Shown: positions 1-13,120 of the stretch, piece by piece
Layout: each line of letters starts with the position of its first letter
How positions within the stretch are numbered: position 1 is the stretch's first letter
Assembly: GCA_038087875.1 (NCBI GenBank)
Contig: CM075997.1
Span: 6,264,001 to 6,328,000 of the forward strand
Reading direction: 5' to 3'
From: Malacoraja senta
Taxonomy: Eukaryota
DNA: 64,000 nucleotides
Translations under genes and position numbers: made by a program
The notes under the pieces: model-generated
What the model saw: the letters and a program-made list of their open reading frames with translations, nothing else
Told to the model about the DNA's origin: nothing
Database searches by the model: none

Positions 1-271
1 ACTGACTGCCATAGTGGGGAGAGTGGGGGTGACGGCCATAGTGGGACTGGGGCAGTGCCAGGCTGGGTGACAGACCTGTAAGAGACCTGTCTTATTTCTG
101 ATGTAAATGTCACATCCTGGCCAATAATCGAATGCGCTGATGTTTACTCGATGAGTATTAATTTTAAGCTACAATGAGCTTATATTTATGTTAGAGATGG
201 TGCCTTTGCAAATGAGGACTATTACCTTTAACCTAAAAGAACCCTAAAAGTGTTGCATTGTTTATCTCTAG

Positions 272-520
272 TTTGTGTGTGTGTCTGTGTATACCTTTCA
301 AACGTGTATCTGTGGATGTGTGTATGTACGTGTGGATGGATGTATGTGTGCATGTATGTGTGGATGTGTACATGTATGTCTGCATGTGAATGGATGTGTG
401 GATGTGTGTGTGTGCAGATTTATGTGTGCATGTATGTGTGTGTGCATGCATGGAAGTGTGCGTACGGATGGATGTGTGTGTGGATGTGTGTATGTATGTA
501 TGTATGTGTGGATCGGTGGG
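272..520. repeat. Compound (GT)/(GTAT)/(GGAT) microsatellite
   Basis: Seen directly; source of the spurious ORFs at 233-580. Confidence 0.9.
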
Positions 521-1297
521 TGGACTGTCGCAGTCATTCACCAGCACGCCATTATCATAAGTAATTCACTCATTGTTTAAATAATTTGACCAAATAAACA
601 GTGAAACGATCGCCATTAAAATAAAACTTTATATAATCATTTATTTCCCCAATTTATTTTGTTTACATTATATCTGATCTTCATCTGAATATTCTTCATC
701 AGATTCAAAGTCTTTTGCAGTAGTTCAAGTTCAAGTGGAGGGTCAGGCAGAGGCTACAGAAAAAAAAATCTCATAGTCATTAAGTCTGCATGGACTTCAA
801 TTCATAAAATTTCAACCTCTTCTTAATGTTAATGAGAATAACAATAGGTTACTACCATAAAGTTATTATTATTATATTATTATAGAAAAATTAGTTCAAG
901 TTCACATACACCAATTCATTTCTACAGAAACATCAACCATTTCTGACCATTTCTCACTCCAATGGAAGCCTATAAAGTGCGATCAATATCCCTCCGTTTT
1001 TCTCCCGTGGTCGGGGCCTGGAAATTGGCTGCTGCGGACGGCACTATGTACAGCCTCCCCCCAGCGGAGATGATCCAAACACACCCCGCGGCTCCGCGTT
1101 CGCGAATCGGCCGCTTCTTAATTGAGACTGCGGCTTCACTATATCAAGTACCTAGGCCCCGTGGTCGGAGCACTTTAGTTATCGCAGGCAGCTCCAAGAT
1201 TAGATGTTAAAGACTTATTACACTACAGCAAGCTGGCATTAGTGAAAATGTGTAATTTACTGTGTTATGGATCCACATAGTTTAGGCCCTCAACTTC

Positions 1298-1463
1298 ATG
1301 AGTGAGTGAATGAGTGAGTGAATGAGTGAATGAATGAGTAAATGAGTGAATGAGTGAGTGAGTGAGTGAATGAGTGAATGAGTGAGTGAGTGAGTGAATG
1401 AGTGAATGAGTGAGTGAGTGAGTGAGTGAGTGAATGAATGAATGAATGAATGAATGAGTGAAT
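1298..1463. repeat. (TGAG)/(TGAA) tetranucleotide microsatellite
   Basis: Seen directly. Confidence 0.95.
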
Positions 1464-2666
1464 GTACAGCCTCCAAATCTCATTTTTTCACATTATAAAA
1501 GGGTGCAATTAAATTAATTAAAGTCCATACAGATAGATTTTCATAAATTCAGACTTTAGATCTTACCTTTCCGTTAGAGTTGATTCCTGGCTGTCCCCTT
1601 TGTGTTGCAGCACCTCAGCAGCGACTTTGCTTTCAAGGCTTTGTTCCTCTTCTATCCACTTAGCAGCACATTCTTCAGACTTCTTAATGCTTTTCTCACT
1701 AAATCAATTACCCTGCTGCAAGTTTCCATGACATGTATTCCACAGAACTAGAAAGAATCTTCATCGGAATCTCCAGTAAAACAGGCATCAGTGAAGCCCT
1801 CTCAGTGCTCCCTGCCTAGCTAGCCTGAAACAAAGCGCGTGATTGGCCAACTGGCATACAACTCAATGTTAAACGTGCTTTGATTGGACTAAAAATACCC
1901 TGAAAATTTTCCGTTTTTTCTCTAATTTAATAAAAAATGTGCAAGTCTTGTTCATGACGAGTTTCAGGGGTGATTTATATAATATTTTTACACAATATGT
2001 GAAAATTTCATGTAGTTTGGTGACTTGGGTCACGAAACACTGGAATAAAGCTCCTCGGCCCACAGCCTAGTAGAGGCAACAAAGTTGGTATCATCATTGC
2101 ACAGTTCAAATATGCAGGATCAAGCAAGTAAAGGATGAGATGCACTGTAAAGAGTCACTCATGCTTTGTAGATTCTAAAGGTAACAAAAAACATATTAGA
2201 CAAAATAATTTCCAAGTCTGATTTTCTTCCTGTATTAAATCTGGCATGAAACTTGATGGAGCATCTACCTTCCTTTATGTTACTGTGAGTTTTGATGTGA
2301 TCTCTTTAACCAAGTGTAGAGCACTTACCAATGATACAAACACTGGAACTTGAGAGGCGCCACTCTTTGCATCCTTCCAGTTTGGAAATTATTTGGCAGT
2401 GTTTCCATTCATTTTAACAGTGCCTTATTTTATACAAGCAATAGTGTTTCAAAATTAGTAAACAAAATTATCTACAAAAATTTTAATTAAAACAACAATT
2501 ACTTAAATTCCTCAACTATCTATATTAATTATTCCAATTGTTAATAAAGAAACATTGTCTTATTTAACAATTATTTTAAGCAAGCAATATCTTGCAATTG
2601 AATGATAAATTATTAGAATACCTAGGAATACTTAAAACTCCACTGTGTACATGATATTTTATCTAA

Positions 2667-2852
<186 letters not shown>

Positions 2853-5494
2853 TAAATATTATTATGTTTTTTTGAAATATTATCCACAATAGCATGCACA
2901 CTGTACAAGAAAATAGAATAACACAGCATATTAATCCTTTCATTTACCAAGCCTCAAAGCAACTTCAAGCCAGATAGCTGAATTGAGCTTCTCTTCTTCA
3001 ATGGTACTCTCGGAGCCTGGTTCAAATCAGTTCACTGACTACCCTGATCTCAGTTAAGGATTCAAGATTACTTAATACAAGTAATTGGAGTATACTAATT
3101 TTTTATTTAATCACCAAGGCATCAAAGTGACCGTTCCCTAGGATCATTTTGTCTGAAGGTTATCTTTTCAGCATTACCAAAAATGTCCTTGTGTTTATTT
3201 TCCTCATTGTTTTCTTAGTCATATGCGAAAGAAACATCTTTAGCACTTTTTCTCTCAGATCTACAAACTGACCACTGAAGGAGATGAAAAATAAGAGTAA
3301 ATGATGGAGGAATAAATGAAAAACCAGTGAGCAATATTGGGAAATACAAAGAAAAAATGAAAAAGGATGCCAAGGACAATGTTCCTTTCAGGATGGTGTA
3401 TTAATAATCTAGTAAAAGTGCTTTTGAATTACTGCTGGATTATTTCTGCAACATTGGAAGATTTTAGAGCTTTAATGCCTGAAATATAAACTTGAAAGAC
3501 CAGATGAGAAGAGATTTTCTGGAGATTAATGTACAACACGTACATTACAATAATATCTTTCCATATCTTTGAAACATTCAATCACAAAGATTTTAATATT
3601 ATCAAATATTTCAGAAAAAGATGGCTGCATAGAATCTTTAAAATATAAATGTTTGTGTCTCACTGACTTCTGTGCTGCGCAACGCTTTAATTATGTAACT
3701 TTGGAGAGAAAGACATGTCTTGCAAAGCTATGTGTGATATATTATGAAGAATGTTTTGGAATATGGTAAACCATCAATGTTACCTGATACTTCTTACGAT
3801 ATAGTTATATGCCGGAAATAGTCCATATCAACAATTTAAAACAATTCTACTAATAATTTGTAGGATTCATATCGGTAGAAATAATTGTGTTTGAGGGAAG
3901 GTGTGTGTGCTTTAAGTAGAAAATGTAAGGAAGATGAATGAATTTATTGTATTTCACACCAGTGTCTAAATATCATTTTTATTCTGATGAACAACAGATG
4001 CCTGATAATGGAGGATCCAGAAATAGCGTAAGAATTTTGTGTACTGCAGCTGCCATCTCATGCAAACCGTTTGCCATGAATGCTGTCATTTTAATTTTCA
4101 TTTGGGCATAAACCTCTGTAGTTTCCTATAATTACTTGTTTCAGTGGTACATCAGGCATAACTGTTGCTTTTTACCAATGTGCTCTAGTTGTTGTTGAAT
4201 TTAAGCAGTTTATCTAAAGTGGATTTAAGTATCTTCAATTTTTATTCAAGCATATGGGATGGAAGGTCCACATCTTAAGCATCGATTTCATGATCTGACA
4301 CTTTTCTCTTGGCAGTGTATATAAGAATGGTTTCTAACCTGAATGAAGATGCAACGGGTCAGGTTTTCCTTGATAGATTCCTCTGAGATTCCACTGAGAA
4401 GCTGCCCCGTACTTCTTGTGTTTGGTAAACTGAAAGTAGTGGATAATGACTGAAGGCACTGTTTGCTGCCAGTCCAAGACAAGAGTGCATATAAGCAAAT
4501 TTATAATTTTAGCTCACTAAACTGGCAGCTGCACATTAACAGGCTTAAAATACTGCCAAATGTATTTGGAGCAGATTAACTTGTTAATGGCTGAGAAAAG
4601 AAAATTTAAAAATGATTTCAAATATCTTTATATTTTTACATACATACAATATTTATATTTACATATAATGTTCTTTATACATTTACGTTCATTTCAAGAT
4701 TTAATCTGATATTCAAAATTACTTTGGAAGATTGGCTTAAATAAAAACGAAACTGATGCAAAGAGAATGTGCTTTCTGCTCTTGAACCTTTCATTCATCT
4801 AATTTGTGGTAATTAAATGTAAATGTTGACCAAGCCATCCACATTGTGCCTAATTTTGCTCACCATCCATTGCTATATGTTTTCTTTATACCTTATGTCA
4901 GGACTGCAAAACATTTTGGCACACCAGTATTGTTGATTTTCGACAATGGCTGTCTTACAGGGGTAAATGTTTATAATATTGAGATAATTGCAGTGTATCA
5001 CTTGAGAGCAAAAGTGAATATCAGGCAACCTTGGAACTAAAACTTGCAACAGTCTTGTTATGCTGACACACTGATGTGTTAACTGTAGTTGCATTGTTAT
5101 CTGAAAAAGGAATGTTTGCTCATTTGTTAATGTTTTTCAGTTGGTCATTGTATAACTTTGCTTCGTAAAATCCATTGTTAATATTTACATCAAGCTATAG
5201 TGTATCTGCACACTTTGGAACAAGAATGTAATGTCAGCCTTCATGGCATATTGGCAGAATATTAGATATTTTACCCTGTGGTCATTTAGTTTAAAACCTT
5301 TCTTCGATTCAGTTTTTTTTTTCAGGTACTCTTCCAATTAAATAGGATTAGGTCCCAAAAGTATTCAGGGTTTATGGTATAATTTAATAACCTGTAAGCA
5401 TATAGTCTCTTTTGCGGTGCTTGCTCATCTAAAAAATGTATTTAACCCAGATAATTTTTTATTTAACGTACCATGTGGGATTTATACTTTTCAT

Positions 5495-6000
5495 CAATAG
5501 ACAATAGACAATAGGTGCAGGAGTAGGCCATTCGGCTCTTCGAGACAGCACTGCCATTCACTGTGATCATGGCTGATCATCCACAATCAGTACCCCGTTT
5601 CTGCCTTCTCCCCATATCCCTGGACTCCACTATCTTTAAGAGCTCTATCTAACTCTCTCTTGAAAACATCCAGAGAATTGGTCTCCACTGCCTTCTGAGG
5701 CAGAGAATTCCACAGATTCACAACTCTCTGGGTGGAAAAGTTTTTCCTCGTCTCCGTTCTAAATGGCCTGCCCCTTATTCTTAAACTGTGGCCCCTGGTT
5801 CTGGACACCCCCAACATCGGGAACATGTTTCCTGCCTCTAGCGTGTCCAATCCCTTAATAATCTTATATGGTTCAATAAGATTTCCTCTCATCCTTCTAA
5901 ATTCCAGTGTATATAAGCTCAGTCGCTCCATTCTTTCAACATATGACAATCCCGCCATCCCGGGAATTAACCCCGTGAACCTTCGCTGCACTCCCTCAAT
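5495..6000 (-). mobile_element. CR1 LINE 3' fragment
   Basis: ORF 5587..5991 QRRFTGLIPGM...TRGHSLRI...RVVNLWNSLP; (CAATAGA)n tail. Confidence 0.92.
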
Positions 6001-8435
6001 CTTTAAAAAAATTAATTAATACCAGGTAGCACAATGTCTTTTAAGTGCAATACAAATAAGTTTTATGTGAAACCCAATCACTAAATTTAATTATCTCTTT
6101 AGTGCATGAATCACACACCTCCCCAAATATGATCACCTGTACATGCGACAAGCATACATGTGGAATCTTCAGAACATGTGCAGTGTGGGCAAATACTGTA
6201 CAATGTATGTTTTGGCTTCAGTTAAGAAAATTCCATACTTTTATTTCATTATTCTTTACTGCATAGAAAGAGGCCATTTAGCCTATCGAGACACTGCTAG
6301 CACAGAGTAATCCCATTGTCCCACTAATTTTTCTTGTGATCTACTCTCCCCACATGCCCATCAATTCTACTATCCATCTACAATTAGGGGCAATTTACAG
6401 TGACCAGTTAGTGTACCAAATGTCTGAGACATTTGGTACACTAATGTGGGAGGAAACTGATGCGATGCTTGACTTTATTAGTTAACCAGGTCACGATACT
6501 GTGTGTCATGTTGCCTCCTGTGCTGTGAAGTTCTATGATAAATGAAATTATTGATATTTTAAAATGGATACCAATTCCTTTTGATAGAAAATCATTAATA
6601 ATAGCCTCTCCATTTAGCTCGGCCACTGCTCTTTATTGATTAATTGAGCAGTCAATTGGATATATCAACATGATGGTTATTAAATTAGTTATCTAACTGT
6701 ACAGAATGTGTTAACTGGAACATATTGAATGCACTTTTTATCATATTCAAATTTGATGAATATAGTAATGTTTTTAAGCCATATAATTATCTCCAGAAAG
6801 GGGAAAGTAAGGTATAGTTCCATAATGAGTTCCACTTTAAGAGCCCACATTTAACCTGGATGCACACTGTGTTGTAATTGCAGGGGCTGCTGCGTAGTCA
6901 TAAATTTGGAACAACAAGGCTTCCCTTGATTATTTTACTTAGAACTGTAGGCTCTTGCATTCTGGAGGCCTGCTCAGGTGTGAAGGCTACTGTAAGGGAT
7001 TGAAATCACGTCATCCATTAGACACAAATATAACAGTGAGGCAGGAGTGTTTGGAGTCATACAGCAAGGAAGCAGGCCAATTGGTCCACCACGGCTATGC
7101 TGACCATTGGACACCCATCAATATTAATCCCATCGACACAAGGAACTGCAGATACTGGAATTTTGCATAGAAATATTAACCCCATCTTCCAGCACTTGGG
7201 CCGAGGCGATCTTTGCTTGCGTAAACACTTCTTAAATGCTGTCAGCCACTTTGCTTCCACCACTCTGTCACGCAGTGCATCTCAGGTTCTCTCCATTCTC
7301 TGGGTGAAAAAGGCCTCCTCAGAACCCCTCTCAATCTCTTTTCCTTTACCCTAAATCCCATTTAATTCACTTCTGATATGGGGAAAGTTTCCTACAAACT
7401 ACTGTTCCAATCATAATTTTATATACCTCAATCATGTCCCATTTTACCTCCTCCAATTGTGTGGAGGGAAGTGAGGTTTAGTGGAACCGTGACCACAGTG
7501 GCAGGGTAGGTGGCGATCGGCTATCTGACAGTGCTTGGGGGAGACCACATGATATCATGATGGGGAGGTTGGTTTACTGATGGCTCATTGAGTGAGGAGG
7601 ACATTCTGCTGACTCTCAGCCCAATGTTAATATTATAAGGCATTTATTGCATTCACTTTGAACAGCTATTTATCCTGATATCGAGAGAACTTTGTCATTC
7701 AGTTAAATATAAACTGACCATTAAGTTAAAAACCATTGCCTCATTACATTTCAATGCCCATTTAAGTTTTTCATCATGTACTGTCAAAGTAGTTTACAAG
7801 TCCCATCAAAACCTATGTATGCTTTGCCTTATCAATACAATGTTGGAGATACCATTTGAACGTCCGTTTTACATATAAAAAGTAAATGCCAAATAATTTT
7901 ACTATGAAGGCTGTAAGAAAAGGAAATTATACATAAATTAGGTATGATGTCATTTTAATACGTAATATTTATTGTTTATTACCATGCAAAAAGGAACATT
8001 TTTGGATTAAAGCTCGGCATGAGGTAAGTTTTGCTTTATTGCTGCTCTTTGCATCAGGCTGTCCAGGATAGTGCTACAAATGATGACCATTTTATTTTAA
8101 TCTGCTTGAGATGTATATTAAGTTAAATATAGTAATCTAAAGATTTATTATGTTACAGCATATGGTGCTGGAGAAAGTATTTGAGTGGTATTTCACATAA
8201 AGTTATACAGCACAGAAATGAGACCTTCAACTCACCATGTCCATACTAACCTAAACCAAATATGCCTGCAAGAGGATCATATCCTTTTATGCCTTGCCTA
8301 TTTAAATGCCTATCTAAATGGCTTGTGAACATAGTAATTATATTCTAATTCCACCGCTTCCACATGTTCCAGACATAACCACTCTTAGTATAAACATTTT
8401 AACCCTCAGATCGGCTTTAAAACTCCTCTTGTTGA

Positions 8436-8692
8436 GGGCAGCACGGTGGTGCAGTGATAGAGTTGCTGCCTTACAGTGCCAGAGACCCGGGTTCGATCCT
8501 GACAACGGGTGCTGTCTGTACGGAGTTTTCAGTTTCCTCCCACACTCCAAAGATATAGGTTAATTAGCAGTATAAATGTAAATTGTCCCTAGTTTGTGTA
8601 GGGTAGTGTTAATGTGCGGGGATCGCTGGTCGGTGTGGACTCGGTGGGCCGAAGGGCCTGTTTCCGTGCTGTATCTCTAAACTAAACTAAAC
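8436..8692 (+). mobile_element. tRNA-derived SINE with CR1-like tail
   Basis: A-box TGGTGCAGTG, B-box GGTTCGATCC (8490-8499), 3' GGGCCGAAGGGCCTGTTTCCGTGCTGTA plus (CTAAA)n. Confidence 0.85.
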
Positions 8693-9564
8693 TTAGAATC
8701 TTCTTCTTGACAGTCCTACCATGGGATAAAGAATATGAGTAGCTACACTATCTGTGCCCCTCATAATCTGATACAAATATTTCTGGTCACATTTCAGCCT
8801 CCTTCACACCCTGGAAAACTAGCTCAGCCTATCTTTCAATGCAACTAAAATCCTCCAGTCTTAACAATTACATTATTTGTCTTCCTAATGTATTCAAGAG
8901 AGAGTGGTACTCACTAACAAAACCACTATCCCTGGAGTTATGTCTTCATCAGTCATACAAGGACTAGACCATGGTTCCACACAACCTGGTCGTGCAATGT
9001 GCCCAGCTCTGGTAAAAACAGTAAAGAAATGCCGTACACTTATCTTCAACTACTGTTTATTTTTGCATTGCTACACTGGGTTGTGAAAATCTTAATAGTT
9101 CTATACACTTTTACTGGAAAGATTTAGGGAAGTTGATGTAAACATTTGTGTTAAGTTCATGAAGAGATTTGTGTTTGAGAGTGAACTGTGGCATAAATAT
9201 TGATCAGCGGCAATTTTCACTGCACTTAATAATAGGATGTGGAATGAAGTATTTCCTTCTGCGAAGGAGAATGGAACAGGAGACTGTCTAAGAGGCAAGA
9301 CTTAAGGTCTATTCTTGACTCGGGCACTAAATAAGGCAATCGTGTTGGTGACAAATGTTGTATCCTTGAAGCTATGTTTCACTAATCAACTTATCTCAGA
9401 CTTTCATTGCCTTTATCGATCTGGCCACTGGTCAGAGAGAAATTTCCAGGCATAACTTATGTATGATGATGCTACCTGGTGCTTAGCAATGGGCTCCAGT
9501 CACCAAAATAGACCAGTCAAACTGACCACAAGCAATTCATTACAGATCTAGTTTGTAGAATTGT

Positions 9565-9695
9565 CTGAAGAAGGGTCTCAACCCGAAACATCACATATTC
9601 CTTCTCTCCAGAGATGCTGCCTGTCCCGCTGAGTTACTCCAGCATTCTGTGTCTATCTTTGATTTAAACCAGCATCTGCAGTTCGTTCCTACACA
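9565..9695 (+). mobile_element. Solo Penelope-derived short element beginning at the hammerhead core
   Basis: Same sequence as the pLTR downstream of the GIY-YIG ORF at 32741. 16-bp TSD TAG(T/G)TTGTAGAATTGT at 9549-9564 and 9696-9711. Confidence 0.8.
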
Positions 9696-10654
9696 TAGGT
9701 TGTAGAATTGTTGCTTTTTCTTCATTGTATGAGAGCATGAGGAAATATGAGGACCAACCAGGAGTGGTGAGGTCTAAAATTCACACGGCTGTGAGTGCAA
9801 CTGGATCGATGTTTCACATTTTTGCGTTTGGAAATTGAGACCGAAGCCATGCATTGGGGAATAAGAGCTACAACCACAGGTCTGATCAGAGGTTGTGAAG
9901 GGGGGAGATGAAGTATTTGTCCCATGGTTTGAAAGGAAAGGATGTTTGCAGATAATACAATGGTGGGAGTTTGGATGAAAGGACAGTAATGGCTTGGCTC
10001 TTTAGTTTGGAGGATTGCAACAACTACATCAGTGTCTTGGTTGGGGATGTGGGCTGAGAATAATTAAAGCCAGTGTCTTGGATCTTAGTTTGGCAGGGGA
10101 GGGAAAAACAATCAAAGTAGTACAGTAAAGGGGAGGGCACAATGATTGCACCTGATGCCTTGGGTTAAGTGGGAGTGACAATTGAAACTTGACAAATGGA
10201 ACCTGTGCTGGATTGTGGATTAAAGGGGGAAGGATGATTGGTCTGCAGTCTAACGTTGTGAGTGAGTATTGAGGGCAGTGTGGAGAGGAATGCACACATA
10301 AACTGATACTGGAACTGGATGGTGAGTATGGCTAGAGAGGAGTAAACATTGGTGTTCTGATCAGATTTGAGGTTGTAGAATGAACATGGCAATTGATCTA
10401 GAGTCAGATGTTTGGAAATGAGGGAGGGGCTGCTGGAATGAACAGGATCCATGCTAGAAGTGGGATGTATCACATAATCAGAGCGAGGGTAAATAACTCA
10501 TGGGGCTGTTGATAGGGCAGAGAGTCGCGGCAGCAATGACAAAAGTCATGTTAGGTCTGGTAGCCAGAGCCTCCAATAGGACCCGCGCGACTGCAAGGTA
10601 ACTGGTATGGGAAGCTGATAGGTCTGAAGGTTGATAAGCCACTTGGACTGGGTG

Positions 10655-11230
10655 GATTGCACCCCAGGGTGTTGAAAGAGGTGGCTTTAGAGATTGTGGA
10701 GGCATTAATAGTGATCTTTCAAGAATCACTAGAGTCAGGAGTGGTTCCAAACGATTGGAAAATTACAAATATGATTACAAGAAGGGAGCCAACCAAAAGA
10801 GTGGAAACTATAGGCCAGTACTCGCTGGATTTGTGAAGGATGAGGGGGAACCAAAACTTACCAAATAGTGAAAGGCCTGCATAGAGTGGATGTGGAGAGG
10901 ATGTTTCCACTAGTGGGAGAGTCTTGGACCGGAGGACATCACTTCAGAATAAAAGGATGTACATTTAGAAAGGAGTCGAGGAGGAATATCTTTAGTCAGA
11001 GGGTGGTGAATCTGTGGAATTCATTGCCACAGAATGCTGTAGAGGCCAAGTCAATGGATATTTTTAAGGCAGAGATTGATTGATTATTGACTAGTACAGG
11101 TGTCAAGGCTTATGAGGAGAAGGCAGGAGAATGGCGTTGAGAGGGAAAGATAGATCAGCCAATATTGAATGGAAGAGTAGACTTGATGGGCTGAATCACC
11201 TAATTCTGCCCGTATAATTTATGAATTTAT
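10655..11230 (+). mobile_element. CR1 LINE fragment (internally deleted)
   Basis: HPRVLKEVA-like start; RVVNLWNSLPQ end; 3' UTR. Confidence 0.85.
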
Positions 11231-11515
11231 GTCATGTGACATTCTGGAATAGGGTGGAGTTTGGAGTTGTTTGAAAGATTTAGGCTGTGGGCCCAGCATC
11301 GAAAATGTGTCTAGAATTTAACTTTTCTAACCCATGTCTTGTATCTACTTGAAATTTGGCACATGTTTAGATAAAATATAATTGAGAAGGAAGTCATAAC
11401 TCGTCAGTGCCAAAAGTTGCACATTAATTAATTAAGCTAATTAGAAAATGATATCGAAAAAGCATGGGTAGCTTATTTCCGTGCTGCGGTCTATTTAAAC
11501 CATATATTATTATAC

Positions 11516-11870
<355 letters not shown>

Positions 11871-11901
11871 AATAATAAATATAATTGTGAATGTGTATGT
11901 T

Positions 11902-12308
11902 GAGTGAGACTGCCGCAGAGGTCTGGCTCCTGAACCAGCCTAATTAATGGGTCAGGGCAGTTCCTGTGGGTTCCCCCATTTACTGAACCCCACTCTGCCA
12001 CTGTGCAGAGTGGGGGTCACGACCGTAGTGGGACTGGTGCAGTTCCAGGCTAGGGGACAGACCTGTCAGGCATCTTCATGTCGATTTAATAGGAACATGA
12101 GTGAGACTGCCGCAGAGGTCCCGGGTTTCACCGGCTCCTGAACCCACCTAATTAATGGGTCATGGCAGTTCTTGTGGGTTCCTCTGTTTACTGAGCCCCA
12201 CTGATTGCCAGTGTGCAGAGTGGGGGTCACGGCCGTAGTGGGAGTGGGGCAGTGCCAGGCTGGGGGACAGACCTGTAAGGCATCTTCCAGTCGCTTTAAG
12301 AGTAAAAT
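11902..12308. repeat. Tandem duplication of a ~200 bp unit inside the Academ subterminal region
   Basis: Units start GAGTGAGACTGCCGCAGAGGTC at 11902 and 12099. Confidence 0.85.
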
Positions 12309-12644
12309 GTCTTATTTCTGATGTAAATGCCACATCCTGACCAAGAATCGAATACTCTCGTGTTCACTCGATGAGTATTCATTTTAAGTTACAATGAGCC
12401 TATATTTATGTTAGAGACCCTCCCCCCACCATGGTGCCTTTGCAAATGAGGGCTATTACCTTTAACCTAAAATAACCCAAAAAGTGTTGCATTGTTTATG
12501 TATCTGTAGTTTGTGTGTGTGTCTGTGTGTACCTGTCAAACGTGTATATTATGCACACTTGTGTAGATGTGTGCGTGATAATAAGAATATTTTTTCCCAA
12601 CATGTCCAAAATGTCACAAGCCCTTTATGACCCTTCCCCTTAGA

Positions 12645-12664
12645 CACACACACACACACACTTG

Positions 12665-12719
<55 letters not shown>

Positions 12720-12728
12720 ACACACACA
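12645..12728. repeat. (CA)n microsatellite
   Basis: Seen directly. Confidence 0.95.
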
Positions 12729-12813
12729 TAATCATAAGTAATTCACTCATTGTTTAAATAATTCGACACAATAAACAGTAAAACACTCCACATTAAAAGA
12801 AGACTTTATATAA

Positions 12814-13120
12814 TCATTTATTTTCCCAATCTTTTGGTTTATATTCCATCTGATCTTCATCTGAATGTTCTTCATCAGATTCCAAATCTTTTGTAGAAAG
12901 AGAGTTTCTGCAGTCAACACACTTACATAATACTGTACATGGCACACCATGCTGTTGACATGAGCATCTTCCTTTCCCTGTACTTGACGTCTTACAGCTT
13001 GTTTTTGTGCATGTTAATTCTAGCAACGTGCTCGGGGCTGGAGGCAGATCAGCCCAGTCAATGTCCAATTCACCACCAACAATTTTTCACCCATGTCCCT
13101 TTGGACTGGGAATTTGGTGC
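12814..13120 (-). pseudogene. Academ transposase C-terminal Cys-rich (CXC-like) remnant
   Basis: ORF 12814..13068, preceded in frame by QIPSPKGHG* (TGA where HGW would be expected). Confidence 0.65.

Larger units (their letters stand above)
1..2069 (-). mobile_element. Academ-like DNA transposon, non-autonomous copy 1 (left part outside the window)
   Basis: Ends in GGCCCACAGCCTA (2057-2069), the reverse complement of TAGGCTGTGGGCC at 11281. Co-linear with 12190-14980 plus 19773-20137. Confidence 0.7.

Noticed and set aside
233..580. Several 80-104 aa ORFs rich in H/T or C/V/M/Y
   Set aside because: Translations of the GT-type microsatellite.
1265..1483. HSLT-repeat ORFs
   Set aside because: Translations of the TGAG/TGAA microsatellite.
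8436..8510. tRNA gene
   Set aside because: The A/B boxes belong to a SINE head that continues into SINE body and tail.
9900..10640. Purine-rich segment with several minus-strand ORFs, possibly an ancient LINE
   Set aside because: No motif I can assign with confidence; left unannotated.
12814..13068. Host Tesmin/LIN54-like CXC gene
   Set aside because: Lies between transposon TIRs with an upstream in-frame stop; better explained as an Academ protein remnant.
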